A stretch of DNA of 64,000 nucleotides from Candidatus Eiseniibacteriota bacterium (lineage in GTDB: Bacteria; Eisenbacteria; RBG-16-71-46; CAIMUX01; VGJL01). Positions within the stretch are counted from its first letter, which is position 1, and every line of letters starts with the position of its first letter. Below are positions 10,387 through 20,427 of the stretch, piece by piece. Made by a program: the position numbers and the translations under genes. The DNA is taken from contig JBHGAY010000024.1 in the NCBI GenBank assembly GCA_041946735.1, positions 14,715 through 78,714 on the forward strand. Reading direction: 5' to 3'. The notes beneath the pieces are model-generated. The model was not told the origin of the DNA. It did no database searches and worked only from the letters and a program-made list of their open reading frames with translations.

Positions 10387-11808
10387 TCACATCTGCTCGA
10401 GCAGCTCGCGAAGCGCCGGGCCGATGCTCACCTTATATACGTGCGGGTGGAGAAGGCGCCGGGACGTCGGGTGGAGCCGCTCGAGCTGCTCGCGCAGGAC
10501 GCCCCGGATCTCCTGCAGCCCGGGCAGCGCGGTCACCAGACTTCCACGGCGCAGCACCGGCCGGAGCAAAGGCTCGACCCTCGCGACCGGCTCGTAGCGC
10601 TTCTCGAGCTGCGCCAGGATCGGATGACGTCCCACGATCCCGCCGGAAGGATCGGGCGGCGCCGACTCCAGCTCGACCAGATCGCCCATCATGTACCCGT
10701 CGGCGCCGTGCAGGCGGTAGACCTGCTTGATCCCCGGAAGGTTCGACTTCTCGGGCGCGTCGGTCCGTTTGCGCTTCGGAAGCCATGCTCCGGTCTCGTC
10801 CTGGATGGCGGCGAGCTTGTACACGCCGGTCAGCGCGCCGTCCCCTTTGCCGGTCACGATGCTGGTCCCGATTCCCCAGGAGTCGATCGCCGCCCCCTGC
10901 GCCCGCAGATCGTGCACGATCCACTCGTCGATCTCGTTGGAGGCGAGGATCCGCGCGTCCGTGAGGCCGGCGGCGTCGAGCATCCGTCGCGCCTCGCTGG
11001 ACAGGTAGGCGAGGTCGCCGCTGTCGAGCCGGATCCCGAGGAGGCGCTCCCCGCGCTCGCGCATCTCGAGCCCGACACGGATCGCGTTCGGGACTCCGCT
11101 CGCGAGCGTGTCGTAGGTGTCGACGAGCAGGACCGCGTCGTCCGGATAGATCGCCGCGTAGGCGCGGAAGGCGGCGATCTCGTCGTCGAATGCCGTGACC
11201 CAGGAATGCGACATCGTTCCCCGCACGGGAATGCCGAACATCCTTCCCGCCTCGACGTTCGACGTCGCCGCGCAACCGCCTGCGAACGCGGCGCGCGTCG
11301 CCCGGAACCCTCCGTCGGGACCGTGGGCGCGACGCAAGCCGAACTCGACGACGCTCTCCCATCCCGCCTCGCCGCAGACCCGGGCCGCCTTCGTCGCAAC
11401 GAGCGTTTCGAAGTTGACGAGGTTCAAGAGCGCGGTCTCGACGAGCTGTGCCTCGCCGATCGGCGCGGTCACGCGCAGGATCGGGGCCCAGGGGAAGACG
11501 AGAGTTCCCTCCGGCACCGCATCGAGGTCGCCATGAAAGCGAAACTCCGAGAGCCTCCGCAGGAACGGCTCTCGGAACAGGCCCAGGCCGCGGAGGTAGG
11601 CGATCTCCTCGGGGAGGAAGCGCAAGCCGGTCAGGAAGCGGACGACGTCCTCGAGACCGGCCGCTACTGCGTAGCCCCCCTCGTACGGGAGGCGGCGCAG
11701 GAAGAGATCGAAGACGGCCAGGCGGTCGGGAATGCCCGACAGCTCGTAGCCCTGCATCATCGTCAGCTGGTAGAGGTCGGTGAAGAGAGCGGACGGCTCG
11801 CGCGTCAT
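10387..11808 (-). CDS. pncB: nicotinate phosphoribosyltransferase
   Basis: LFTDLYQLTM, EFGLRRAHG, GTMSHSWV, LVDTYDT, IRLDSGDL, GVYKL. Confidence 0.95.
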   Translation of the reverse strand: MTREPSALFTDLYQLTMMQGYELSGIPDRLAVFDLFLRRLPYEGGYAVAAGLEDVVRFLTGLRFLPEEIAYLRGLGLFREPFLRRLSEFRFHGDLDAVPEGTLVFPWAPILRVTAPIGEAQLVETALLNLVNFETLVATKAARVCGEAGWESVVEFGLRRAHGPDGGFRATRAAFAGGCAATSNVEAGRMFGIPVRGTMSHSWVTAFDDEIAAFRAYAAIYPDDAVLLVDTYDTLASGVPNAIRVGLEMRERGERLLGIRLDSGDLAYLSSEARRMLDAAGLTDARILASNEIDEWIVHDLRAQGAAIDSWGIGTSIVTGKGDGALTGVYKLAAIQDETGAWLPKRKRTDAPEKSNLPGIKQVYRLHGADGYMMGDLVELESAPPDPSGGIVGRHPILAQLEKRYEPVARVEPLLRPVLRRGSLVTALPGLQEIRGVLREQLERLHPTSRRLLHPHVYKVSIGPALRELLEQM

Positions 11809-11812
11809 CGTG

Positions 11813-12484
11813 TCAGCGACGCGCGCCGCGCTCGATCGCCCGCTCGAGCGATCCCGAACGCACCCGGGCGACCCCGGCGTCGTCCATCTCGCGCCAGGCC
11901 GCCTGCAAACTGCCATCGAGATCGATCGCCCCGCAAGCATCTTCAACGACGACGGCTTCGAGGCCGAGGCGCCGCGCGTCGATCGACGAGTACAGGACGC
12001 AGAAGTCGGTCGCCAATCCGGCGAGGAACAGCCGCCGGATCCCCCGCTCCCGCAACGCCCCGCCGAGCCCGGTCGGCGTCTTGCGGTCGTTCTCGAAGAA
12101 GGTGGAGTAGGAGTCGATCTCGCGGCGGTATCCCTTGCGCACGATCATCTCTGCGCGGGTCGCTTCGAGCATCGGATGGAACTCGGCCCCCGGAGTCCCC
12201 TGCACGCAATGGTCCGGCCACAGGACCTGCTCGCCGTACGGGAGCCGGATCGTCTCATACGGGTCGCGGCCGTGCTGCGAGGCGAAGGAAACGTGGTCGC
12301 GCGTGTGCCAGTCCTGGGTGAGGATGACATGCGGGAAGATCGCGATCAGCCGGTTGACGACCGGAACGATCGCGTCCCCTTCGGGAACGGCGAGGGCGCC
12401 ACCCGGACAGAAGTCGTTCTGCACGTCGACGACGAGAAGCAGGTCGCCGTCCTCGATCCTCGAGGTGTCGGATCGCACGCTCAT
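11813..12484 (-). CDS. pncA: nicotinamidase/pyrazinamidase
   Basis: VDVQNDFCPGGAL, QDWH, WPDHCVQG, DSYSTF, GLATDFCV. Confidence 0.95.
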   Translation of the reverse strand: MSVRSDTSRIEDGDLLLVVDVQNDFCPGGALAVPEGDAIVPVVNRLIAIFPHVILTQDWHTRDHVSFASQHGRDPYETIRLPYGEQVLWPDHCVQGTPGAEFHPMLEATRAEMIVRKGYRREIDSYSTFFENDRKTPTGLGGALRERGIRRLFLAGLATDFCVLYSSIDARRLGLEAVVVEDACGAIDLDGSLQAAWREMDDAGVARVRSGSLERAIERGARR

Positions 12485-12635
12485 GACCCGATCCTAACGT
12501 TTCCGCTCCGGCAGGGGGGACACTGCTCCGGCATCCGGGAGGACACCGGACGTCCTGCCGTATCCGTGGTGACGGCAGCGGGCGCGCGGTCCGGCCGCAC
12601 GCGGGCACCCGCGATCCTCGCCCGCCGGCGCGCGG

Positions 12636-13088
12636 CTACAGAGCGGCGAGCACCTGGTCGACGTGCCCGTCGACCTTCACCTTCCGGAACGCCTTCTGGA
12701 TCTTCCCCGTCTCGTCGATGACGAAGGTCGATCGCTCGATCCCCATCGATTTCTTCCCGTAGAGCGTCTTCTCTACCCACACGCCGTACGCCTTTGCGAT
12801 CTCGTGATCCGGATCGGAGAGCAGGGGGAAGGAGAGGTCGAACTTCTCCGCGAACTTCGCGTGCGAGGCGGCGCTGTCGGGGCTCACGCCCAGAACGACC
12901 GCCCCCTTGCGCTTGACGCGGGCGAGGTTGTCGCGGAAAGCGCACGCCTCTCGGGTGCACCCCGGCGTGTTGTCCCTCGGATAGAAGTACAGGACGACCT
13001 TCTTGCCGCGGAAATCGCGCAGCGACACGCTCTCCCCCGATCCGGTGGCGGCGGTGAAGTCGGGCGCCTTGTCCCCCTCGCTCGGCAT
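12636..13088 (-). CDS. bcp: thioredoxin-dependent peroxiredoxin BCP
   Basis: VLYFYPRDNTPGCTREAC, ERSTFVID. Confidence 0.95.
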   Translation of the reverse strand: MPSEGDKAPDFTAATGSGESVSLRDFRGKKVVLYFYPRDNTPGCTREACAFRDNLARVKRKGAVVLGVSPDSAASHAKFAEKFDLSFPLLSDPDHEIAKAYGVWVEKTLYGKKSMGIERSTFVIDETGKIQKAFRKVKVDGHVDQVLAAL

Positions 13089-13307
13089 CGTCTTGCCTCC
13101 TTCCTGCTTGCCGCGCGTCCGGACTCCCCTCGCCGGCCGGCGAGCGCCCCGGGCGCAAGGGACGAAGGTGCGGGCGAGGGGGCGGCTCTGTCAATCCCGC
13201 GCCGCGCCCTTTCCCGGCACGACCGGCCAAGGTAGACTCGGGCGGTGTTTTCGGAGCGCAGGCGGCGCGGGCGCCTGCAGGCGTCGGAGCAGCGAGGAGG
13301 GAGTCCG

Positions 13308-16100
13308 ATGACCGAGGGATCGAGGAGCGGCGGGAGCAGCGGGAGCGGCCGAAGCGGCGAAGAGAGGATGGTCTGCGGGCACCGGCGTTTCGCCGCCGGA
13401 AAGTGGACGCTGCGCGAGGAGACGCCGAAGTACGCGCCCGATCGCACGTGCGACGTCGAGCATCTGCGCCTCGAGGCGACGGTCGATCTGCCGGGGCGGC
13501 ATCTCGACTGCGTCTGCAAGCAGCGCCTCCGCGCCGCCTACGGCCCGTTCGACTCGATCACCCTCGACGCCGTCGACCTGAAGATCCGTTCCGTCCGCGA
13601 CGGTTCCGGGCGCGATCTCTCCTACAGCTACCTCGACCGCAAGCTGACCGTCCGCTTCCCGGAAAAAGTGGCGGAGAGCGCGGAGCTCGAGATCTCCTAC
13701 GAGGTGGACCATCCGGTCCTCGGGCTCTACTTCTTCGGGCCGACCGAGGACGAGCCGGAGGCGACCTTCCAGCTCTGGAGCCAGGGGGAGGACGAGGAGA
13801 CGCGCTTCTGGATCCCCTGCCATGACGCGCCCCACGAGCGGATGACGACCGAGATGGTGATCACCGTCGAGCCCCGCTACACCGTCCTCTCCAACGGCGC
13901 CTTGCAGGAGGTCACGGAGAACGTCGGGCGCAAGACATTCCACTGGCTCGAGTCGGTCCCGCATCCCTCCTACCTGATCACGCTCGTCGTGGGCGAGTTC
14001 GTGCGGGTCGTCGACGAGTGGAACGGCGTCCCGGTCGACTACTACGTCGAGCCGGGCCGCGAGGAGGAGGCCCGCCGCTCCTTCGGCAAAACTCCGCGGA
14101 TGATCGACTTCTACTCGCGCAAGTTCGGAGTTCCGTACCCGTACGAGAAGTACAGCCAGGTGGCCATCCGCCACTTCCACTTCGGCGGGATGGAGAACAC
14201 CTCCGCGACGAGCCAGACGGACGGCACCCTCCACGACGAGCGGGCGGCGCTCGACTTCACGAGCGACGAGCTGGTGTCGCACGAGCTGGTCCACCAGTGG
14301 TTCGGAGACCTCTTGACCTGCAAGTCGTGGGCGCATGCGTGGCTCAACGAAGGGTTCGCGACCTACTTCGAGGCGGTCTGGAAGGAGGAGGATCTCGGGC
14401 GCGAGGAGTTCGACTACGAGATGCTGGCAAACGCCGCCTCGTACATGAGCGAGCCGTACCGCCGTCCGATCGTGACGAATCGCTACGCCTATCCGCACGA
14501 CCTCTTCGACATGCACCTCTATCCCAAGGGCGGATGGGTCCTCCATATGCTGCGCCGGCGCATCGGCGACGAGACGTTCTGGAAGGCGATCTCGCTCTAC
14601 ACGAACCGTCACGCGCGCTCCGGCGTCGAGACGATCGACCTGATCCGCGCCTTCGAGGACGCCTCGGGGAAGAACCTCGCGGGTTTCTTCGACCAGTGGG
14701 TGATGAGCCCGGGCCACGCGGAAGTCGAGGGCTCCGCCGAGTGGGACGCCGAAGGCAAGCGCGTCAAGGTGGCGCTCAAGCAGACGCAGAAGACCGACGA
14801 CGGCACGCCCGTCTTTCACATTCCGGTCCGCATCGAGTGCCGCACGAAGTCGGGCGGGACGGTGGGCCAAACATTCGAGATGGATCGCGCCGAGCAGACC
14901 TTCTATCTCCCGAGCGACAGCGAGCCGGTCTCCTTCGTCATCGATCCGGAGCTGGCGGTCCTCGCCACGTGGAAGGTGACGCGGCCGGTGGAATGGATCG
15001 AGGGAACGCTGCTCGGGGACGCGCGCGATCCGCGCGTCGCCGCCCGCGTCGAGACGGTGCGCCAGCTTGCGGAGAAGCCAACCTACAAGGGGGAGGAGAT
15101 TCTCGGACGCGTTCTGCGCGAGGACCCATTCTGGGGCGTGCAGGCGCAGGCGGCACGTGCGCTCGCCCGCACCCGCACCCCGCATGCCCGGCAGATCCTG
15201 CTCGAGGCCACCGGCCTTCCGCATCCCAAGGCGCGGCGGGCCGTGGTCGAGGGGCTCGGCGCCTTCCAGTCGGCCGACGTCGCCCGCTCGCTCACCCGGA
15301 TCATCGAAGAGGGAGACCGGAGCTACTTCGTCGAATCCGCCGCCGCCTCCGCTCTGGGCGCGACCCGGCAGCCGGGGGCCGTCGAGACGCTTCGCCGCGC
15401 CCTGGGCAAGCGCACCTGGCACGACCTCCTCACCTTGGGAGCGGTGGAGGGGCTCGCGGCGACACGGGACGAGTCGGTCGTCGAGAACCTGCTCGCGGTC
15501 GCGAACGACCGCCGGCGCTACTGGAGCTGCCGCCTCGCCGCGATGCGAGGACTCGCGAATCTCGGCGCCGCCCGGCCGCAGCTCGCGCCGCGCATCGCCG
15601 AGGAGCTGATCCGCTTCCTCGAGGATCCCGAGCGGCTGATCCTCGAGCGCGTCCGCGGCCCGATCGTTCAGCTCGGACACGAATCGGGCGTCGCGGCGCT
15701 GCACCGCGCCGCATCGGCGACTCCCGATCCCCGCATGGCGAACGAGTACCTGATGGCCGCCGAGGAGCTGGCCGGCGGACGCAAGCGCGGCGAGGACATC
15801 GACCGGCTGCGCGACGAGCTGCAGAAGGTGCGCGACGAAGCGAAGGAGATGCGCGAGCTGCTCCACGCCCTGCAGCAGAAGGTGGACGGCCAGACGCCGG
15901 AAGGAACCGGCGGCGGCAACGGAGCGCGCCCGCGCGCGGCCGCCAAAGAGGCCACCAAAGAGGAGAAGCGTCGCCGTCCGGAAACCGCGCCGGCGAAGAC
16001 CAGCAAGAAGAAGACCGCGGCGAAGGGGACGAAGGCAGCGCCGAAGCTACCCGCGACCCCGCGCCGTGGCGACGTTCCGAAGGAGCGCAAGCGGCGCTGA
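13308..16100 (+). CDS. M1 family aminopeptidase with HEAT repeats and a basic tail
   Basis: GGMEN, HELVHQWFG...WLNEGFA (HExxH-x18-E), YPKGG; GAGGAGG RBS before ATG 13308. Confidence 0.92.
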   Translation: MTEGSRSGGSSGSGRSGEERMVCGHRRFAAGKWTLREETPKYAPDRTCDVEHLRLEATVDLPGRHLDCVCKQRLRAAYGPFDSITLDAVDLKIRSVRDGSGRDLSYSYLDRKLTVRFPEKVAESAELEISYEVDHPVLGLYFFGPTEDEPEATFQLWSQGEDEETRFWIPCHDAPHERMTTEMVITVEPRYTVLSNGALQEVTENVGRKTFHWLESVPHPSYLITLVVGEFVRVVDEWNGVPVDYYVEPGREEEARRSFGKTPRMIDFYSRKFGVPYPYEKYSQVAIRHFHFGGMENTSATSQTDGTLHDERAALDFTSDELVSHELVHQWFGDLLTCKSWAHAWLNEGFATYFEAVWKEEDLGREEFDYEMLANAASYMSEPYRRPIVTNRYAYPHDLFDMHLYPKGGWVLHMLRRRIGDETFWKAISLYTNRHARSGVETIDLIRAFEDASGKNLAGFFDQWVMSPGHAEVEGSAEWDAEGKRVKVALKQTQKTDDGTPVFHIPVRIECRTKSGGTVGQTFEMDRAEQTFYLPSDSEPVSFVIDPELAVLATWKVTRPVEWIEGTLLGDARDPRVAARVETVRQLAEKPTYKGEEILGRVLREDPFWGVQAQAARALARTRTPHARQILLEATGLPHPKARRAVVEGLGAFQSADVARSLTRIIEEGDRSYFVESAAASALGATRQPGAVETLRRALGKRTWHDLLTLGAVEGLAATRDESVVENLLAVANDRRRYWSCRLAAMRGLANLGAARPQLAPRIAEELIRFLEDPERLILERVRGPIVQLGHESGVAALHRAASATPDPRMANEYLMAAEELAGGRKRGEDIDRLRDELQKVRDEAKEMRELLHALQQKVDGQTPEGTGGGNGARPRAAAKEATKEEKRRRPETAPAKTSKKKTAAKGTKAAPKLPATPRRGDVPKERKRR

Positions 16101-16122
16101 GATCCGCCGCTCCGGCGGTCTC

Positions 16123-17379
16123 CTACTTCGTGAGGCTCGGCGTCCGCAGGACGTAGCCGTGCGCGTCGCGCGGTAGCTTCTCGATCAGATCGAGGCTCGG
16201 GCCGCCCAGGACCGACGCGAAGCCGAAGCGGTCGCGTACGCGATCGAGGCCCGCCTCGAGATCGGCTTGGCGCGTCGCCGCGCCGGCGTCGAGCAGGTCG
16301 AGCTGCTCCCCCGCCGCCGGTCCGAAGTGCGAAAGCTCGACCCCGACATTGCGGACGGCGGCCCGCCTCGTGAACAGCTCCTCGAGCAGCCGCATCGCGC
16401 GCGCGTAGAGCTGCGCATCGACCGCCGTCGGCGACGGGAACGAGGAGGCGCGCGCGCACGCCTCCCCATCGTTGTAGCGGAGATGGACGCGGACCGTCCG
16501 GCACGCGAGCCCGAGCCGCCGCGTCTCTCGCCCCGCCCGGCTGGTCAGGTAGTGGAGCATCGCGGCCAGCTCGCGTCTCTCGATCGTCGGATGATGGAAG
16601 GTCGTCTCCCGCCGCACCGAGCCCGGGATTTCCCGCGCCGAGACGACCCGAGTGTCCCTCCCCCACGCCCGCTCCCACAGCGCGTGCCCGAGCGAGCGGC
16701 CGAACAGGCCGTGCAACGCCTGCTCCGGAAGCTCGCGAAGCTGCGCGACGGTGCGGACGTTCAGCCGCTCGAGCACCGGCCCGACGGCATGCCCGATCCC
16801 CGGCAGATCGCCGATCGGGCGCGAGAGGACGAACTCCTCCTCCGCCCCGGGCGGCAGCAGCCCCAGCCCATCCGGCTTCACCGTCTTCGTCACCATCTTC
16901 GCGATCATGCGGTTGGAGCCGATGCCGATCGAGACCGGCAGGCCGGTCTCCTCACGGATGGCCACCCGCAGCGCGGCTCCGGCGCCGCCGAAGCTGCCGT
17001 GCAGCCTCTCCGTCCCGCTCAGATCGAGGTACGCCTCGTCGAGGAACGTCTCCATGGAAGGCGCGAAGCGCGCGGCGATCTCGAAGATCCTCTCCGCGAA
17101 GCAGCGGTAGATCTGCGCGTGGCCGTCGAGGAAGACCGCTTCGGGGCAGAGGCGGCGCGCCTGCGCGAGTGGCATCCCCGCCTTGCAGCCGCGCCGGCGC
17201 GCCTCGTAGGAGCAGGAGGCGATGACGCCGGCGCCCACGATGACAGCGCGCCCGCGCAGCCTCGGGTTACGGAGCTGCTCGACCGACGCGAAGAAGGCAT
17301 CGATGTCGACGTGCAGGATGGCGGGGTGGTCGCCCCAGGCGGCGGGGGACGGCTCGACGGTCCGCGGCGCGCTCTGCAT
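16123..17379 (-). CDS. dinB: DNA polymerase IV (Y family)
   Basis: ILHVDIDAFFASVEQ, SYEARRRG, LDEAYLDL, LPGIG, C-terminal QLDLL clamp-binding-like motif. Confidence 0.95.
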   Translation of the reverse strand: MQSAPRTVEPSPAAWGDHPAILHVDIDAFFASVEQLRNPRLRGRAVIVGAGVIASCSYEARRRGCKAGMPLAQARRLCPEAVFLDGHAQIYRCFAERIFEIAARFAPSMETFLDEAYLDLSGTERLHGSFGGAGAALRVAIREETGLPVSIGIGSNRMIAKMVTKTVKPDGLGLLPPGAEEEFVLSRPIGDLPGIGHAVGPVLERLNVRTVAQLRELPEQALHGLFGRSLGHALWERAWGRDTRVVSAREIPGSVRRETTFHHPTIERRELAAMLHYLTSRAGRETRRLGLACRTVRVHLRYNDGEACARASSFPSPTAVDAQLYARAMRLLEELFTRRAAVRNVGVELSHFGPAAGEQLDLLDAGAATRQADLEAGLDRVRDRFGFASVLGGPSLDLIEKLPRDAHGYVLRTPSLTK

Positions 17380-17425
17380 GACGCTCTCCTCTCGTGTGCC
17401 GGCCGGATCGCGGCTCCACGGGAGG

Positions 17426-17455
17426 AAGGTACCGAACTGTCGTTCGTGTCGTCAA
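17426..17455 (-). promoter_or_regulatory. dinB promoter containing a LexA (SOS) box
   Basis: TTGACG-18 bp-TACCTT on minus strand; the spacer holds CGAAC-TGTC-GTTCG (17433-17446). Confidence 0.72.
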
Positions 17456-17459
17456 GGGG

Positions 17460-18560
17460 TCACGCGCGGATCGTCCTTCCGGCACGGGCGACGGCCGAGG
17501 GGCTCGCCGGCAGGGCCGCGGCCGCCGCCTCGAGTGCCCGCCCGACCGTGACCGAATCGGGCGCCGCGAGAAGCAGCATCTCGCGATTCCGCAGGTGGGA
17601 GACCTCGCCCACCCGCTCCCCCTTCGGGTTGTAGATGCCGATCCGGGCGCCGACGTAGCGGCGGTAGTCGACCTCCAGGCACCCGACCGTTCCCCACCGC
17701 GCGAGCCTCCTCGCCACCTCCCCCGCGTCGAGGTACCCCTCGTCGTTGCAGGAGAAGAGAACGGTCCGGGCGCGCAGCCCGTCGAGGAGGTCGTCGAGCG
17801 CGGGGGCGAAGCCCCTACGCGAGTTGTAGGCGCTCTTGTTCTCACGGCAGTCGACGCGCTTGCAGGCGACGCCGTAGACGGCGGGACGGTCGTTGCGGAC
17901 GAGTGTCTCCCAGACGTGGTAGTTGCCGAAGAAGGAGTGCTGGTTGTAAGGCGGATCGAGATAGGCGAGGTCCTGCTCGGGCAGATCGCGGACGAGCGCG
18001 TTGGCGTCGCGCCGGCTCACCGTGCCGGTCCCCGGCAGCAGCCGCGGCATCCGAAGCTCGAGATCGGCGAGCGCCCGCGGCGCCCACCGCTTGAGGTACG
18101 CCATCTGCAGACCGGTCGTCGAATCGACCCGGTCGGCCGCCTCGAGGAGGCTCGTCAGCGCGATCGCCCGCAGATCGCCGGCGAGCCGGAGGGCCTCGAT
18201 CTCCTCGCGGATCGCGTCGATCCTCGCCCCGTTCTTCGGATGGAAGTAGCGCGACCGCACGCAGAACGTCTCGGTGAAGTAGCCGGCCCGCGGCGGCAGC
18301 GAGGAGAGATGCGCGAGCAGCTCCTGCGCCTCGGCGACGGGAATCGACCGCGCGTCGGCCCGGACGTAGCACTCCGCCAGCACTTCGCTATAGCTCGCCG
18401 TGTCGTTCGCATGGACGGTGAGGCCGCATTGCTTGAGCGCCTGCGACACGCGCGTCGTTCCGCAGAACGGATCGACGGCCGTGGCGGCGCCGGGCAGGGA
18501 ACGAGCCACCGCGGCGATGGCCGGGACGAGCAGCCGCTTCGACCCGATGTACTTGATCAT
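17460..18560 (-). CDS. DNA adenine methyltransferase (D12/alpha-like), orphan
   Basis: MIKYIGSK, DPFCGT (motif I), YLDPPYNQH (motif IV). Confidence 0.88.
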   Translation of the reverse strand: MIKYIGSKRLLVPAIAAVARSLPGAATAVDPFCGTTRVSQALKQCGLTVHANDTASYSEVLAECYVRADARSIPVAEAQELLAHLSSLPPRAGYFTETFCVRSRYFHPKNGARIDAIREEIEALRLAGDLRAIALTSLLEAADRVDSTTGLQMAYLKRWAPRALADLELRMPRLLPGTGTVSRRDANALVRDLPEQDLAYLDPPYNQHSFFGNYHVWETLVRNDRPAVYGVACKRVDCRENKSAYNSRRGFAPALDDLLDGLRARTVLFSCNDEGYLDAGEVARRLARWGTVGCLEVDYRRYVGARIGIYNPKGERVGEVSHLRNREMLLLAAPDSVTVGRALEAAAAALPASPSAVARAGRTIRA

Positions 18561-18886
18561 CGGCCTTGCCGTCCCGGCTCGAGGGCGGCGGCGAGACGGA
18601 GCCGCAACGCCTCGGGCGCCAGCCCCTCGATCTGTGCCGCCTTGTCCCGGGAGGTCTCCCCCGCCGCGATCGTCACAGCGGCGGCCGGAAGGCCGAGCGC
18701 CCCGGCGAGAAGCGCGCAGATCGCCCGGTTCGCGCGTCCCTTCTCCGGCGCCTCTCTCACCTGCAGCTTCAGCGCATCTCCGTGGACTCCGAGGAGCGCA
18801 TCGGTCGCCGCCTTCGTCTTCACGCGGAGGCGCAGCCGCGCGCCTCCCTCCACGGGGTGGATCGACAGGCAGGAGAGATCGATCAT
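18557..18886 (-). CDS. DUF167 (YggU-like) protein
   Basis: LKLQVREAPEKGRANRA...GETSRDK. Confidence 0.88.
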   Translation of the reverse strand: MIDLSCLSIHPVEGGARLRLRVKTKAATDALLGVHGDALKLQVREAPEKGRANRAICALLAGALGLPAAAVTIAAGETSRDKAAQIEGLAPEALRLRLAAALEPGRQGR

Positions 18887-18990
18887 CGGCTGCAGTCTAG
18901 CGGCGCGCTTGCCGCCCCGCCACCGCTCTCCGGCCGCTCCGGCGCAGCCGTTCGCCGATGACGCCGCCGCCCCGTGTCAGGAGCCGCTCT

Positions 18991-19440
18991 CTAGTTCCCG
19001 CCCTTCGGGATGATGGAGATCCCGCCGTTGCTCTCGAGCACCGCCCAGCGGATCTGGTCGAGCCTCTCCAGCCCTTGCAGCTTCCGCGCCGCCGCAAGGA
19101 TGTCGGTCTCGTCGACGCGCGCCTTCCGCATCCGGTCCTCGAGAAGCCTGCCATCGTCGACCAGGATCGTCGGCACCCCTTCGAGCACCTTCTGCACGCC
19201 GCGCCAGCGCCGCTTCGCGCCGGAGAGGAGCACGTCGGTCCCGACGAGCGTGAGGATCACGATCATGGCGTTCGTCATGGAGAAGTCCCGGCCGATCATC
19301 GCCTGCTGCGTCGCCTCGGCGATGATCAGGATCAGCACGAAGTCGAAGCTCGTCATCTCCGAGAGCGTCCGCCGGCCCGCCAGTCGGAAGACGACCATCA
19401 GGAAGACGTAGATCCCGAGCGGCCGCAGCAACGACATCAT
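18991..19440 (-). CDS. DUF421/YetF-domain membrane protein
   Basis: GRRTLSEMTSFDF, LEGVPTILV.DG, AVLESNGGISI. Confidence 0.88.
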   Translation of the reverse strand: MMSLLRPLGIYVFLMVVFRLAGRRTLSEMTSFDFVLILIIAEATQQAMIGRDFSMTNAMIVILTLVGTDVLLSGAKRRWRGVQKVLEGVPTILVDDGRLLEDRMRKARVDETDILAAARKLQGLERLDQIRWAVLESNGGISIIPKGGN

Positions 19441-19550
19441 CGCCTGCCTCCCCCTCGTTTTTCGCCGGCGCTATCGCCCGCGCTATCGCCCGCGTGCGCT
19501 CGCGGCTTCCGGCTCGCCGCTTCCCCCTCGGACGGCTCGCAGCTCGCATC

Positions 19551-20069
19551 TCACGGGAGGATCCACAGCCGGATCGTCACCTCGTCGCCGGCGCCGTCCC
19601 AGGCCGGGACATCGAACCGGCCGGTGCGCCGCACAAGCGCGTCGACGGTCACCGTCAGGGGCTGCTCGGCGTCGCCCAGCGAAAACGCGTAGACCATCCC
19701 TCGTCCCGAAAGCTCCGTGCGGACAGGCTCGGGCGTGATGCGATCGATCTGGAACAGTTCCGAAAAGCGTTCCCCGATCACGATCTCCGGCTCCTCGTCG
19801 ACGGCCGCGTCGGGACTCAGATGGAACCGGAATGTGGCGGGAGCGGAGGCGCGCAGGACCTTCTCGTGCTCGACCCACAGTCCGCTCTCGCGGGAGCCCG
19901 CCACCGCATGGCTGATCGGACCGTTCCCGAAAAGTCCCGCCAGGGCGGCGAGCAGGGCAAGAGCGCCGATCGCCCAGGCGATCCGCTCCGCGCGCCAGGT
20001 CTTCTTCTGGAACGAGAGGTCTTCGTCGATCGAGAGAGACTCGATCTGCTTTGCGCCGCCGTCCGACAT
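19551..20069 (-). CDS. hypothetical membrane-anchored protein
   Basis: EDLSFQKKTWRAERIAW then TM helix and GLFGNGP; co-oriented with the DUF421 gene. Confidence 0.7.
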   Translation of the reverse strand: MSDGGAKQIESLSIDEDLSFQKKTWRAERIAWAIGALALLAALAGLFGNGPISHAVAGSRESGLWVEHEKVLRASAPATFRFHLSPDAAVDEEPEIVIGERFSELFQIDRITPEPVRTELSGRGMVYAFSLGDAEQPLTVTVDALVRRTGRFDVPAWDGAGDEVTIRLWILP

Positions 20070-20427
20070 GCCGCTCCGCTTCCCGGCCGCTTGCACATTT
20101 CGCGCTCTCCGGTTGGTACTTGCACCGTAGGGACGGCGGCGCCGCTCCGTCAACCGGCCCCCGACGTCAAAAGCGTCACTTGGAACGTGTCGGGACCCGC
20201 TACGATGGATCCAACGGCGCTCGCCGCGGCGCCGCCATTGGAGTCGCGGCCATCCGTCCGGCGGCGTCCGCCACGACGGGGTGCCGCGCGCCGGTTCGCT
20301 CCGCCGCAAACGATCCGACGTTCGACACGGCCGGCCGATCGCAAGGGAACCTCGCAGGCGCCGCAGGCGTCGAGAGGACCAGGTCGAGAGGACCGGGGCG
20401 AGAGAACTGGAAGGAGACGAGCGAAGG

